Source: Felis catus
Taxonomy: Eukaryota
Length of the DNA: 64,000 nt
Reading direction: 5' to 3'
Assembly (NCBI RefSeq): GCF_018350175.1
Contig: NC_058373.1
Coordinates: 104,100,001-104,164,000, forward strand
Part shown: positions 12,140 through 23,966 of the stretch, in pieces
Position numbering within the stretch: position 1 is the stretch's first letter
Layout of the letters: each line of letters opens with the position of its first letter
Notes under the pieces: model-generated
What the model saw: only the letters and a program-made list of their open reading frames with translations
Database searches by the model: none
What the model was told of the DNA's origin: nothing
Position numbers and translations under genes: made by a program

Positions 12140-12269
12140 AACTTTGAATTAAATATCCAGTACACAACTTCAGAGCTTAGTGAGAAATAAGTTTGTTCAT
12201 TTATTTTTCACGCTTTTGAAAACGTGGTGTATGTACACAGTAGCAGAAAAAATGAAAATAATGCAAAAC

Positions 12270-12680
12270 AATACATAGTAAAATTTGTGTATCTGATCAC
12301 TTGGCCCCCGTTCCCAGAGATAACCACTGTTAAGTGCTTCTTATTTATGCTTGAGACATAGTCTACGTATAGATAAGCATACATATGCTTTCTATGTTTA
12401 CACATATGGTAACACATCACACACGTTATTGAACACCTTGATTTTTGCCCTTGATGTGTCTTGAAAGTTAGCCTATGTCTCCACGTATGGAGCTAATTCA
12501 CACTTCTTCACATTTACATAGTGTTCTTTGTGTAGATGTACTATCAGGTGCCCTACCGATGGGCCTTTAGGGTTTTCCTAGTCTTTTGCGATTATTTGCA
12601 AAAATGTTGCATTGAATGTCATTGTACACGTGCCATTATTATAGCTGGGAAATAAATTCCTAAAATAAAATTTTTTGACT
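12270..12680 (-). mobile_element. Old L1ME-like 3' fragment
   Basis: CCCAGAGATAACCACTGTT and GATGGGCCTTTAGGGT...TTTTGC motifs. Confidence 0.65.
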
Positions 12681-13576
12681 CCAAACATGGTGCTTGACTA
12701 AGAGTCTGTGATGTGACTTATGGTTTCAGCCGAAAGCCACTCAAGAAAGACTTATCATCGTGAAGAGAGTAGGGTATCAAGAGTGTGAGTGATCTTCCTT
12801 CACAAACCCTACACTGAGATGGAGAGAGAGCCTTTCTCAAGAAGCGTAATGTGCGCGTGCGTGCGTGCGTGCGTGCACATGTGTGATGTTAGAAGGTCAG
12901 GAAAGAGAGCGGGGTAATTTGTATCATTTGAGGTCTAGTACTCATTAAGACCTCTGGGAGAAAGGCTATCGAAAACAGTAATCCACAAAGCTTCCGTCCT
13001 CCTTAAGGCTTTATCTCCCTCCCCACGTCTACGGCATGCTGGCCCGAAGTGGATGAAATGATACACGCCAGAATATAGAGAAAGATAGATAGATAGGACA
13101 GATCTCTTTTCTAAATCACAAACAGTGGTCTGTGCAGAGAAAAAAACTCCCTCATCCAGATCTGAGACTTCTCATTCCTCAAGGGTATCCTTGGCGTCTC
13201 GAGAAAAGATAAGAAGAAATTAGACATATCTGACACTTCTCCACCTCCGGAAGCAATTTTGTAGGCAGAACCAAACTTTCCTAAAACATGCCGCCGCAAT
13301 TGTGAAACTCTCTCAGCTTAGCTGAGAATCCCCCAAATTTCAAGGTGTGTGAATAAAGGAAGGGTCTGGGTGAGCATAATGTTTGCATGAGATAAAATGT
13401 AAAACCCCTTCTATTCTTTCTTTTCACACACACACACACACACACCCCAAAAATTAAAATTACCCAGCATATTTTTCTAGCCAACTGCCAAAAACCTGCA
13501 ATGGAGTTTTTTTGTCTTGCTCTCCACTGCCGACGCTGGCTCCCTTCGAGGCAATTCAGGACGGCATCTGGCTTAC

Positions 13577-13627
13577 CTCATGTTCCACTGAAATACAGGT
13601 TCTGAAAAGCAGCCTGAAGATGACATT
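13577..13627 (-). other. Candidate 51-nt exon (alternative acceptor at 13647 gives 71 nt)
   Basis: Minus strand: long pyrimidine tract ...CTCCTCTTCCCAG|AATGTC...CATGAG|GTAAGC. Confidence 0.45.
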
Positions 13628-13729
13628 CTGGGAAGAGGAGCGATGTTCTGTGCGGCGGGGGAGGGACGGGGACGAGGAGCAGGGGGAGGTGGGGAGCGGT
13701 GTTAATGCAAATGTATTCCCCGGGCTTAC

Positions 13730-14150
13730 TCGCTGGCAGACCCAGTCGACACCCAGCCATTTGAATGAGGGCCAGCGAGTTTGGCACATCTTCTGCTGGC
13801 AGAGCACGAGCCCGGCCCAGCGTCCTGCTGCGGTTGGCGTGTGTACAGCTGTCTTTCTTCATCTGACTCTCCACCACTGCGGCAGACTCAACAGGTGTTG
13901 CCAGGGACACAGTGTGGTTGGCAGCTGTCAACTTTCAGTAATCATCTCTGTAGCATATCCCTTTCTATTCTCCCACTCTGTCTCATCTCCCCCTCCACCC
14001 CCTGCAAACCCCCCGCACCATTTGGGCCTTTGCAAAGGGCAGAGCTGGGCAAAGATACTGATCCAGGCGCACGGTCATCTGGAGGGAGAAACCCCGCCTG
14101 CGCCTCAGCTGAAGTGAGATAGGATTTTTCGGGGACACAGGGCTTTGGGG
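13730..14150 (-). promoter_or_regulatory. Candidate promoter/first exon, repeat-free and GC/CpG-enriched
   Basis: Donor GCGA|GTAAGC at 13730; three CAGCTG E-boxes, TGACAG, AACCACA and TGCCAA motifs; start site unknown. Confidence 0.4.
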
Positions 14151-14249
14151 GCCGTGTAGTTAGCCTTTTTTATTCCCCCTTGTGAGGCAAGCTACTATTC
14201 CATCTTTGCCTGACCTTTATTCCTTCCACTTTTTATTAGTTCTTTTGAA

Positions 14250-14410
14250 TGTTAGCTCCTCCTCTCACAGCCTGTGTGACCTTAACTCTGTTCTTTAACT
14301 ATTCAAGCCTCAGTTTCCTCATCTGAGCAGTGGGCATAATATTTGTTGTCTATGTCAATGAGATCACGTAGACAAAGTGCTTAACACTAGGTGCCCAGCA
14401 GTCAGTGTTT
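14250..14410 (+). mobile_element. MIR
   Basis: TGTGTGACCTT...GCCTCAGTTTCCTCATCTG core. Confidence 0.85.
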
Positions 14411-14572
14411 CCTCTCTTCCCTAAAGACCCTAGACTTTCATAATCGCCCTTGAATTCCAAAGATGGGAGGCCTTGCTCTGTTCTGGGCCTTCCCTCCCAC
14501 TCTTATCAAAGTCAGAGCCAGAAAACACACTGGCCCAGGTAGGCCAAAAGATGCCTTTAAAAGACAGGAACA

Positions 14573-14715
14573 GGGGCTCTTGGGTGGCTCAGTCAGTTAA
14601 GCGCCTGACTCTTGGTTTCGGCTCAGGTCATGATCTCATGGTTTGTGAGTTCGAGCCCCTCGTTGGGCTCTGTGCTGACAGTGCAGAGCCTGCTCGAGAT
14701 CATCTCTCTGCCTCT

Positions 14716-14746
<31 letters not shown>

Positions 14747-14790
14747 CTTAAAAAAATTTTTTTAAAAAGGGATCAAGACAAAATAAAAAA
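14573..14790 (+). mobile_element. Can-SINE
   Basis: Head, CT tract, tail. Confidence 0.93.
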
Positions 14791-14819
14791 TAAAAGGAAG
14801 GAAGATATAGCTGTCTCTT

Positions 14820-15480
14820 ACAGCCTTGTTTCTAATTCCAAATGTTGGAAATCCCTAAATGTCCATCAGCGAGAAAAAGACAAAGCAATGCTGGCCCTCT
14901 ATGAAGCAGGTAAAATTAGATAAATTCATTAGCTTAGCTAATTAATAAATTACCTGGATGGCTTATGGAAGCACATATAGCCCTCACTGTATGCCAGATA
15001 CTTTGTAAATGCTAACTCATTTCAACCTCGTAAAAACCCATTATCATCATCAGCATTTGCTGATGAGGAAACTGGGGCACGGAGAAGCAGAGCACCCTTT
15101 GCGTGTACCAACATGGATAGATCCTACAAACCAGGCCGAGCACAAAAAGCAAGCTGGCAGGACAACACGTGCATCAAAGAATCGATATAAAGTTCAAACA
15201 CACGCAAGGAAATATGGCCTTCACGGAAACACGTGTGTAGAAGAGTGTGAAAACAAGGATGGGAAGAATAAACACCAAGTTCATGTTGTAGCCGCCTCAA
15301 AGCAGGGGGTGGGGTGGGGGGAGAGCAGGGCTGGGAAGTGCATAAGGGAGACTCCACCTTTATCTGTAGGGTCCCACTTATGTTATCTTGAAAGGGACCA
15401 AGCGTTAAAGTTAAATAGTTCTGGGTAATGCGTACAATGCTTTTAAGCGTATTTCCCTCTGTACTTTGTATTGCGAAACA
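14820..15480 (+). mobile_element. Old L1M 3' fragment with a reverse MIR (about 14950-15090) within it
   Basis: CCTAAATGTCCATCAG and CAACATGGATAGATC L1 motifs flank TGATGAGGAAACTGGGGCACGGAG. Confidence 0.6.
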
Positions 15481-15930
15481 ATGTATATACAGAAAAGGGC
15501 ATAAAATGCATTTGCAAGGTTTTACGAACAATTATTAAGCAAGTGCCACGTGACCACCATCCAGGCCGAGAAAAAGAAAGTAGGAACACAATTTAGGAGC
15601 ACCGCGGACCCTTTCTCTACCATAACTCCATCCTGCACCCCTCCCAGAGATAATCTCCGTCCTGAGCTCTGGGATGTTGATCGCCTTCCTTCTCCCCTAC
15701 AATTCCACCACCTCTATCTGCATCTAAACAACAGAGATGCTGCTGAACTGTAACAAGTTTCTGAACTGTAACAAGTGGAATCACGCACTATGTATTGTTT
15801 CCTGGCTTTCTTTCTCACAACGTCGTATCCGTGACATTTACCCGTGTTGCTTCTTGCTCATTGTCGCTGCTGAATAGACTGCCACTTAGAGTTATCCTTT
15901 TCACTCTGGATTGACATTTGGGTTGTCGTC
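15480..15930 (-). mobile_element. Old L1M 3' fragment
   Basis: GTGACCACCATCCAGGCC, GTGGAATCACGCACTATGTA, GACATTTGGGTTG motifs. Confidence 0.6.
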
Positions 15931-17019
15931 TCTATAATTTTCAAGCTCAAGAGAAAAAAAAACAGATACTTTGTCCAGTGTATTTCAATTCCCAGGAATG
16001 AATATCTTCAGCTATTTCCTCGGTTCATCTTTCAGAACGGACGAGAGTAGACTTAGCTGTTTAACCAAGAAAGATCTTTTCCTTAGACTTATTATTGATT
16101 TCTTTTCTTTAGTTTCTTACTCACTTCCCTTAGTCAACAGGTTGCTTTTCTTTGCTACCTTGTTGGCCTTTACATTGTGAGGTACGGGTAGTCCAGAAGG
16201 GGATTGTTGAGACCATAATCTAACCCAAGGGCTTTGTTTTACGCAGGAGGAAACATGCATTGTGCCCTGCAGCTCAATTTTAAGTAATCTCAGTAGCTCT
16301 GAGACCTATAGATGGTAACTTGGTCCCCGGAATAGAAGTTTTAAATGTTCCATTGTTTCTGGCAGCTGGTTAATCGTATGTTTAAGAATAAAGCGTTGCC
16401 AGAGTCTCTCTGCAGGGCAAATCTACTCTATATGAGACCCATACTGAGGGCCACAAAGATGTTGCCAAACGTCTAAATGAATTTTTCCCCTCCTCATTAT
16501 TAATTGCTATACAGCATTGCTTTAAAAAAAAACCCACCCCGGGTCCCAGTGGTGGGGAGGGAGGGGCCCACGGAACAGCATTATTCTCCCAGCACATTCC
16601 AGTAATAGGGCCAAGTAGAGAGGCATTTCTTTATTGTAAGGGTCTCCGCGATGCCGTAAAAGGCACCTTCCTGCTCTCCACTATTGCCATTAATATGTAA
16701 AAGCTTAAGCTTGCTAAAGGGATTATTGCACATCCTATCTGATGGTAAACTGGCATTGCAATGATTACATGTATCTTTTTGTCATTTTCTCGTAAAACAT
16801 CTTAACTCTTGAACAGTATAATTGGCCTCTTACTAACGTTAATGATTAAATCAGCATAAATGTAACACGCTGCTTTAAGTGGAAGGCATGTTTGCAATCT
16901 CCAGGGTTTTGAATGTATGCTTTACAGCATGGTCATTATATTCATTATATATGTGTGTGCGTGTGTGCCCACAAACACATATGTGCACATATATATTGTG
17001 TGTAATATATACATATCAT

Positions 17020-18020
17020 GATAACAGGAAGCACAAATTTCCCAAGTGGGTCATTGGGTGTGACAGTCGGTAGAGACAGCGTTACTTTCAACCTTGCTTC
17101 ATGGACCCATATATCGGAGATAAAGCAGCATATATCAGCCAGTGGTACAATGCACCTACCGCTTCCCAGAAGACAGTGCTCCAATAATGCACGATATTGC
17201 CCCCAAGTCAACCAACACCTTTGCTGAGACTTCTACCGTTTAATCAGGCAGGCTACTGCTGGGTGATGATGTACATGGTAATCCTTTGGCCACGAGTCTG
17301 TTTTCACAGCTCTTTTCTCGTTTTTATTTATTTTTTGCCATAAAACAGGTCTCTGGGCCTGGGGCGCTCTGAGGGAGACACGACGTTGATGGATCAGGTG
17401 GTAATGTTAGCAGAGGCTCTGCAAGCGGGCAAGGTAAACTCTTATCCAAAGTATGTGTTGACCCCAGTAAGATGAACTGCTACCCGCTCCCAGGTGTAAG
17501 GGGCTAGATGTGGTTGAACTACCACCATGTGGCTTCTCTGAGGAATGCTGGCAGGCTGAAGGCTCAGTGACCATCCCTGCTGCCAGGGGGTTGGACTCAG
17601 CGGTAGCAGAAGCTAGCTCAGACTTAATGAGGGGGACCCACATGGTATAGGGCCATGCACAGCCTCAATCCCTTCTACGTGATCACTATATTCATGGGTC
17701 ATTCAGCAACCATCAGGGTGGCTAAGAAGAAAGTCTGATTAACATCCACAGGCTGGGTCAAACTCTTCACCTGTTAGTTAAGGGCCTCTTCTGGGGAGGT
17801 CATTCACAATACACTCAAAGATACACATGCTTTGTGGCACTCCCACAGGCTTTCTGCTTACCTCTTTCCTCAGCCTTCCTCGTCACTGGTCTCCCAGTTC
17901 TCTTCCTTCTAGGTCCCCTCACTAATCAGCCAAACTGTTAGCCACCTACTAGGAGCCCATGTGCATCCCACCTATATTCATCCGATCTCTTCTACTTTCA
18001 CACGGATTGGACAATTTGCA
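17020..18020 (-). mobile_element. ERV-L (class III) pol remnant: RNase H-integrase region
   Basis: Minus translations VANSLAD, PLIKSELASATAE, TPNDPLGKFVLPV resemble recalled HERV-L pol (VANGLAG, PLTKADLATATAE, TPSDPLAKFLLPV); many stops. Confidence 0.85.
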
Positions 18021-19454
18021 TGTGATTAGGAGGCCATAACTAATACTCATCATCGCCCTCCTCCAACATTGATGTTCAGCTTCTGCTCGTGTAGGCGCTT
18101 GCCTGGTGGGATAATCCAGACTCTCATCTCTAAGGGACCTGGCTCCCTGGTTATCATGCCCTTTTCAGGCCATAGCTCCTGCGCTTGTCCATTGATTGTT
18201 AAAATCGGACCGGGAAGCACCAGAGACACAACATTGGGTATACTGAGCGCCAACCATATTCTTCTCTGCCCCCATTGTGTAGCAGCGGCCCTGCCTGCTC
18301 CTGGTAATTACCCATCTCACGGGGCCCTGCAGATCAGGCCTCCCCATGCCACCACTCTGTCCTGGCCACTAATTATAGTAATTGTACCTACCTTGCTTCT
18401 GATGTTTAAAGGCTGCTAACTATAATCCCCCTTTGTTCTCAGAGAGTCCGGTTCTGTGACAGCATCTCCACTTCCATCCCTGACCTACCGTAGCGTTCCT
18501 ATGCTATATTAGTGTAGTCTCTGGAGGCTTTGACGGTCTATCAAATCTTGTTTCACAAGAGATTACTTCCATTTCAAACTCTCCCTTACTCAGTGTTAGG
18601 TTCTACTCTCCTGAGTCAGCACCTCCAGGAACCAGTCCCAAGCATACTCACCTGGCCGTAGCTCCTTCTGTATTTAGTGTCTCCTCCTTACTCAACCCAG
18701 CACATCCCCAGCCAGGCTATGCTGAGATTTGATCTTTATTATGGGTGTGGTAATTAGGAGGGAGACGGAACATAGGGAGGGAGGTAAGAGGGAGATAGCA
18801 TGGTCTTTTAAGGCACTTGCATGATTTGAGTCTTCAGCGTGTTCTCCAGTCAAGAGGTTCCACTATATCCTGACAAGGAGGAAGGCCCCCTTCTATAGGC
18901 CTGCTAGCTCTGGGGAACTTGGGAGTTCTATTTTCAAACACATGTACCTAGAGAGCTCCATCTCACATCACAGGGTCCACTCGGACTTGGTGTGAGCTCT
19001 ACTTCTTTTGTGATTAAGTCCTGAGCCTGGTACTCCATCCACCTATACTTTGGCTGTAAGACATGAGGGGCCACTTAAATGTCAACAAGCAGGCCCGTTA
19101 GCTTTTACATTTTCCTCGAATTGGTTGTTAATCACTAGAGCCTGACCTTTTCTCTCTTCAGCTCATCAGAGGCACTCAACAATAGCCACACAATTCCATT
19201 GTCTTCATAGAATCATTTCTCCCTCGCCTCTTACACAGTAGAGACATTGCACGAGATAGTGCATCCGCTTCCACTGGTCTCCCATCCCAATTTCCCACTG
19301 GTGAAAGTTTTCACAATTACACTGTGAGAGCATGTTAGGGGCTAGCCACACCCTACCTACTATCAGTGATAGAGTTATTACTTGTTGGCTGGTGACCATC
19401 CAGTTCCAAAATCTGACTTTAGAGTCTGGTGCCTAGGACACTTGTGACACCAAC
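18021..19454 (-). mobile_element. ERV-L internal region (LTR16-associated type): PBS, gag remnant, deletion, then 3' pol/dUTPase-distal segment
   Basis: PBS-like TGGTGTCACAAGTG (tRNA-Leu type) at about 19439-19452; FWNW and GIVWLLLS gag motifs; LVLPGPILTING...MRVWIIPPGK 3' motif. Confidence 0.85.
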
Positions 19455-19622
19455 TATTTCAGACTGGGTTCTCTGGAAACACCAGGGAATGGGCATAACC
19501 TTGAGTGTAGCATTTCCCAAATTTAGACACATTTCTGAGCTGTTAGCCAGCAATATTCCCAGCAGCAGGGTGCACTAGCCCTGGAATAGGGCCCTGGGTA
19601 GAGTACCACAGTATCTACGATA
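19455..19622 (-). mobile_element. LTR16-like 5' LTR, internally deleted
   Basis: Minus strand begins GTAGATACTGTGGT..CCCAG, contains GCTGCTGGGAATATTG, ends GAGAACCCAGTCTGAAATA directly before the PBS. Confidence 0.75.
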
Positions 19623-20130
19623 GAAAGTTTAAAGTTTCCACCTGATCCCTGCCATTCCCCAGCCCCATTAATCCCATCTAATAGCGGAAAACCCTGTTCC
19701 AAGGATGTGAGTGCCTCCCTCTCCAGTGAATTTCTCATACTAAAATGAATACCATACCCTTTAGACTCTCCCAGGAAATATAGTCAGGTGATGGGTTGTG
19801 AGTGTATGCATCATAAATACATTCTAAAATTTTCACACCCTTGAGCCTTCTGACCTCCTCCTCTATGCCAAGGAACTTCTGACATCTCCACTTTATTTCA
19901 GGAAACATTTTCAAATTCAAATATTAAGGAACTATCCCAGAAAACTCTTAGATTTGCTTTACAAGTACATGACATAATATTAAGTCCTGAGTCCCAGGTA
20001 AAAATACTCATGTCAATGAACTTAAACTTATATTCTGCCCCTAATCTAAAACCCTCGAGATCTTTTCTGTGTGGGGTCTCCCTTCTCCTGCCAGTACATA
20101 ATAGCCAAATCTTACTATCCCTTTGCAGAT
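19623..20130 (-). mobile_element. Second ERV-L gag remnant
   Basis: IEEEVRRLKGVKILECI...ISWE and MRNSLEREALTSL resemble recalled HERV-L gag VEEGIQRLREIGMLEWI and LRNRFVRAAPASL. Confidence 0.75.
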
Positions 20131-20579
20131 CTTACAGAAACTGACCTAATAGAAAGTCTATCAAAGCCAGGAATCAGTCATGAAAAGCGGAGGCAAGAGC
20201 ATGGTCACTGGAATTGAGAACAAAGTGGAGAGTTGGTGACAAGAGAAGATAGAAGGGCAGCTGAAGTTGGCCAGATTTTACCATATAGAGGAGAAAACAT
20301 CTACACTATGTCACCACCTTGAGGTGACCTTCATTCAGTGCTTGCAAAAGCTCGCTTTAGCAAATGTTCTCATTAGCCTAGTCCCCCTGATGACTTCTCA
20401 GCGATATCACTGAGCAGAGGTCCATTTAGTGTAAATCAAGTACCAGATTAGAGCTGGGAGAGCAGCAAGAGTGACGGCAGGTGCTGGGCTAGAGTTCCTT
20501 CATCTCGCTCAAGTTAGGACTAGATTGGTTTCAGAGTCAGTGAATGGACTGAGCCTAGAGGTGGGCAGCCCAGGGACAT

Positions 20580-20840
20580 GGAGGCATTATATAGAATGGT
20601 TAAAAATCTGGGGTAAGAAGATAGAGCCTCCATTCACTTCTCAGTTACTACTCTACCTCACACTTGAGTGCTCTTGAACTTACAGAGCTCGCTAAGTTTC
20701 AGTCACCCACTCCTTTGTAAATTGGGGATGATAATAGCCATCTCAGTGGGTTACAATAAAATAAAATAAAATGTTACATGTGGAGTACTTGGAATCATGG
20801 TCAATGCATAACCAGTACTCAATAAGTGACAGTAGTAGCA
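20580..20840 (+). mobile_element. MIR (near full length)
   Basis: TGGTTAAAAA head, TGTAAATTGGGGATGATAATAG core, CTCAATAA tail. Confidence 0.75.
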
Positions 20841-21124
20841 ACATTGGTGACTGTTGTTCTTCCTATTAAGGAAGAAGACAAAGGATCAGGGAACAGAGAA
20901 CCAAGCTGTTAATTATAAATATTGTCAAAAAGAATGGTAGTCTCTGGCCAATGCAAGAGGGGAATTCACAGGCCAATGCCTAGGGAACTTGGGGAGAGCT
21001 ATAAATTCCCTGGGGAGTTGGGTGACCTCAACAGTCCCTAGCAGATGACAGCGCATGGCATCAGATGTCAGGAGTCCCAGAAAAGCAACTTACGTGTCAT
21101 GAACACTGCTTTCTATAAATTTAA

Positions 21125-21580
21125 AAATATATGCAAAGTTGGCAGGGAGGGAATAGGTGAATTAGGTAGTTTCATACATGGTGGGATTATAAATTAATAT
21201 AACCACTGGGAAGCAGTTGACTAATCTATTAACAGTCTTAAAATGTTCATGATCCAATAAGCCACTTCTAAGAATGTAACCTAAGGCAATATCTCCAAAT
21301 ATGGAAAAATCCCTATATGTAAAAACTAATTCTGTCATATAGCATATAATTGATAGTAGCAAAACATCAGAAGACAACTAAATGTGCAACATGAGGAAAT
21401 AGTTATGTAAGTAATAATACCAATTATATGAAATAGTATGCATCCCCTTAACATTATATGTATTAAGTATATATAATAACATTACAATAAAATTTTCATG
21501 TTAAACAGAAAGTAGAATACAAAATTTGTGCATATATTATGATGATGAGTATATAAAAAAAAGAAACAAAAACTTGAGTC
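21125..21580 (+). mobile_element. Old L1ME-like ORF2 end/3' UTR
   Basis: TGGTGGGATTATAAATT, CCACTTCTAAGAAT, ACAACTAAATGTGCAAC motifs. Confidence 0.7.
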
Positions 21581-21600
21581 AGAAAAACTACTGATGGGAG

Positions 21601-21824
21601 GGGGCTCCTGGGTGGCTCAGGTGGTTAAGCATCCGACTTCAGCTTAGGTCATGGTCTCACACTCCGTGAGTTTGAGGCCATGTCAGGCTCTGTGCTGACA
21701 GCTCGGAGCCTGGAGCCTGCTTTGGATTCTGTGTCTCCCTTTCTCTCTGCCCCTCCCCTGCTCATGCTCTGTCTCTCTCTATCTCAAAAATAAATAAAAA
21801 CATTAAAAAAAATTTTTTTAAAGG
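21601..21824 (+). mobile_element. Can-SINE
   Basis: TSD AAAAACTACTGA(T/A)GGGA. Confidence 0.95.
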
Positions 21825-21935
21825 AAAAACTACTGAAGGGAAAAATCCACGTCATGTCCCATGAGCCTTCTCTCTAAGGTCACTAGATACAAGGCTAACA
21901 AACTGATGCAGGTGAAGGACTTGATATCCTAAAAT

Positions 21936-22131
21936 CAGAATGGGAAATAGGTCTCTTCTCTTGCCCCAACACCAAAGGCTGGTTAGTGGCTTCCCATAGA
22001 ACTGTCTTAAAAGGACGCTAAAGCCCTGGGTTTGGCTCAACTGGAAAGAGGATCGAGGTCGATTGGTAATGTCTGCCACAGGCAAATTTGGGAACAGTGG
22101 TTGGAAATGCTCGGCATATTTGACATCCTTG
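21936..22131. mobile_element. hAT-Charlie MITE (MER117-like)
   Basis: About 195 bp with degenerate terminal inverted repeats CAGAATGGGAAATA / TATTTGACATCCTTG and internal GGAAAGAG..GATTGGTAATGTCTGCCA. Confidence 0.55.
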
Positions 22132-23536
22132 GGTATGATTCCTCTTTCAGATAATCATAGCATAAGAAATTTGGGTTACTGAGTGAAGTGTGGTGGATGA
22201 TGTCCCTCCACTGAGAAGAAAGTAGAAGTACGTAACCTTCTACCATTCAGGGAAAAAACATTCATCCTAACCCTGAGAATCACGAGTCCAAATATGTTAA
22301 GTCCTCATGGGGTTAGCAAGGAAGATGTTTTGAGGGAACTGGGGGGCTCCCAGAAACTTCCAGAAAGGAGGTTTCAGAGCCCCTCAGAAGTCACCACACA
22401 ACTGTTTACTTCATAGACTGGGCCCACGGGCGATCCAAACAGAACACTGTGATTATGGATTCTTCACTTGGCCCATCATCCCCAAAGAAAAGTAGATAAA
22501 AGCAATTTCACACAACAGTTCTGAAGAAGCAATTTGCTTGTAAAGATTACGCCTGGAGTCTATCAAGTTGCAGGTGCATTTGTATATCAGGTTTCACTGC
22601 CTCCTGACCAGGCAGTAATCAGTCTGTACACTTGACCCAACCCGAGAGTCTCTGAAAGTAAAACACAGAGCCCTCGAGCATCCCTCAAATTATTCACGTC
22701 ATTGATATTCTTACCACTCTAGTCAGCATCAAGTTACTCAATTGAGTATAAATTTTTCCCTCTATGTTCGGTCAAAGGTTAACTTCTTCAAAGGGAACTG
22801 TCAAAACCTGACATCATGTTTGGTTTGCACTAAACGTACCAATGTGCTCCTCTCCCTAAGTCTTTGGGTCATGGTAGAATCAACACATGTTTGAGTTCCG
22901 AGCAAAAGCTGGCCTGTGGCAGCTTGGGAAGTGAGGCTCACCCCAGCAGGTAAAACACAACAAACAATGTGGCTTAAAATAATTAGTTCCCATGCTGAGG
23001 GATCCATACAGTGTTTTCCTAGACCAGGTGCTTGAAGCTTTCTTTTGGATTAAAAAAAAAAAAAAAAAAAGGACTGATGGGCAGGGAGAGGAGGCTTGAG
23101 ATACAGGTTGAGAAAGGAGGCTGGAATTTTCTGGCATATTATAAAGCAGAGCTGAGAAAAGCAAAAGTTGGCCTCCAGGTCTCAGGCATACCAAAAGGCC
23201 ACATGAAGCCGAAACTTCCTGTGAATAATTAAGTTTTACTCCATCTGGGTGTCTTTTAGTGAAATGATCTAACCATTTCAGTTGAAAATTTTGTTTTATT
23301 TCCCAGCACTCTCCAATTGGGAAACCTTGCTGTGATCTTTCTTAATAAAGCCAGTGTTTATTTTGGTACTACTAAGGACAAATAAAGTTTTGGCAAAAGT
23401 TTCCCCAGGCTAAGAGCTCTTGGGGAATGTTAGCTTTTGCCCATTGAGCCTATTTGCCAGAAACATTTGGATGAGTAGGACAGCCAAAGCATCCAGAAGT
23501 ATTTTTTCCTCATAATTGATTCAAAACATTTTTTTA

Positions 23537-23756
23537 GGGGCGCCTGGGTGGCGCAGTCGGTTAAGCGTCCGACTTCAGCCAGGTCACGATCTCGCGGTCG
23601 GTGAGTTCGAGCCCCGCGTCAGGCTCTGGGCTGATGGCTCAGAGCCTGGAGCCTGCTTCCGATTCTGTGTCTCCCTCTCTCTCTACCCCTCCCCCGTTCA
23701 TGCTCTCTCTCTCTCTGTCCCAAAAATAAATAAACGTTGAAAAAAAAATTTTAAAA
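23537..23756 (+). mobile_element. Young felid SINE (SINEC_Fc-like)
   Basis: Near-consensus; TSD AAAACATTTTTTTA. Confidence 0.97.
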
Positions 23757-23761
23757 AAACA

Positions 23762-23966
23762 TTTTTTTAAATGTTTATTTATTTTTGAGAAAGAGAGAGA
23801 GGGTGAGTGGGGAGGGACAGAGAGAGAGAGGGAGACACAGAACCCGAAGCAGGTTCCAGGCTCCGAGCTGTCTCTGAGCCCAATGCGGGGCTCAAACTCA
23901 GAAACTGTGAGATCGTGACCTGAGCTGAAGTCGGACGCTTAACCGACAGAGCCACCCAGGCGCCGC
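23762..23966 (-). mobile_element. Can-SINE
   Basis: Reverse copy; outer TSD CCTCATAATTGATT / CCTCACAGTTGATT. Confidence 0.95.

Noticed and set aside
13512..14117. Longest ORF (201 aa, +)
   Set aside because: Non-ATG start, no recognisable domain, overlapping open frames on both strands as expected in GC-rich sequence.
13577..14150. Assignment to a known micropeptide gene such as MRLN or STRIT1
   Set aside because: Neither peptide is encoded in the window and no expected neighbouring coding exon is seen; no symbol can be supported.
15743..15776. Short direct duplication CTGAACTGTAACAAGT (similar cases near 50045, 57240 and 63802)
   Set aside because: Ordinary slippage duplications, mostly inside old repeats; no sign of function.
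16315..16375. miR-133-like words (TTGGTCCCC, AGCTGGT)
   Set aside because: Arms are in the wrong order, matches are short and no hairpin forms.
17020..20130. Domesticated ERV-L gag or integrase gene (Fv1-like)
   Set aside because: All frames are broken by many stops and deletions.
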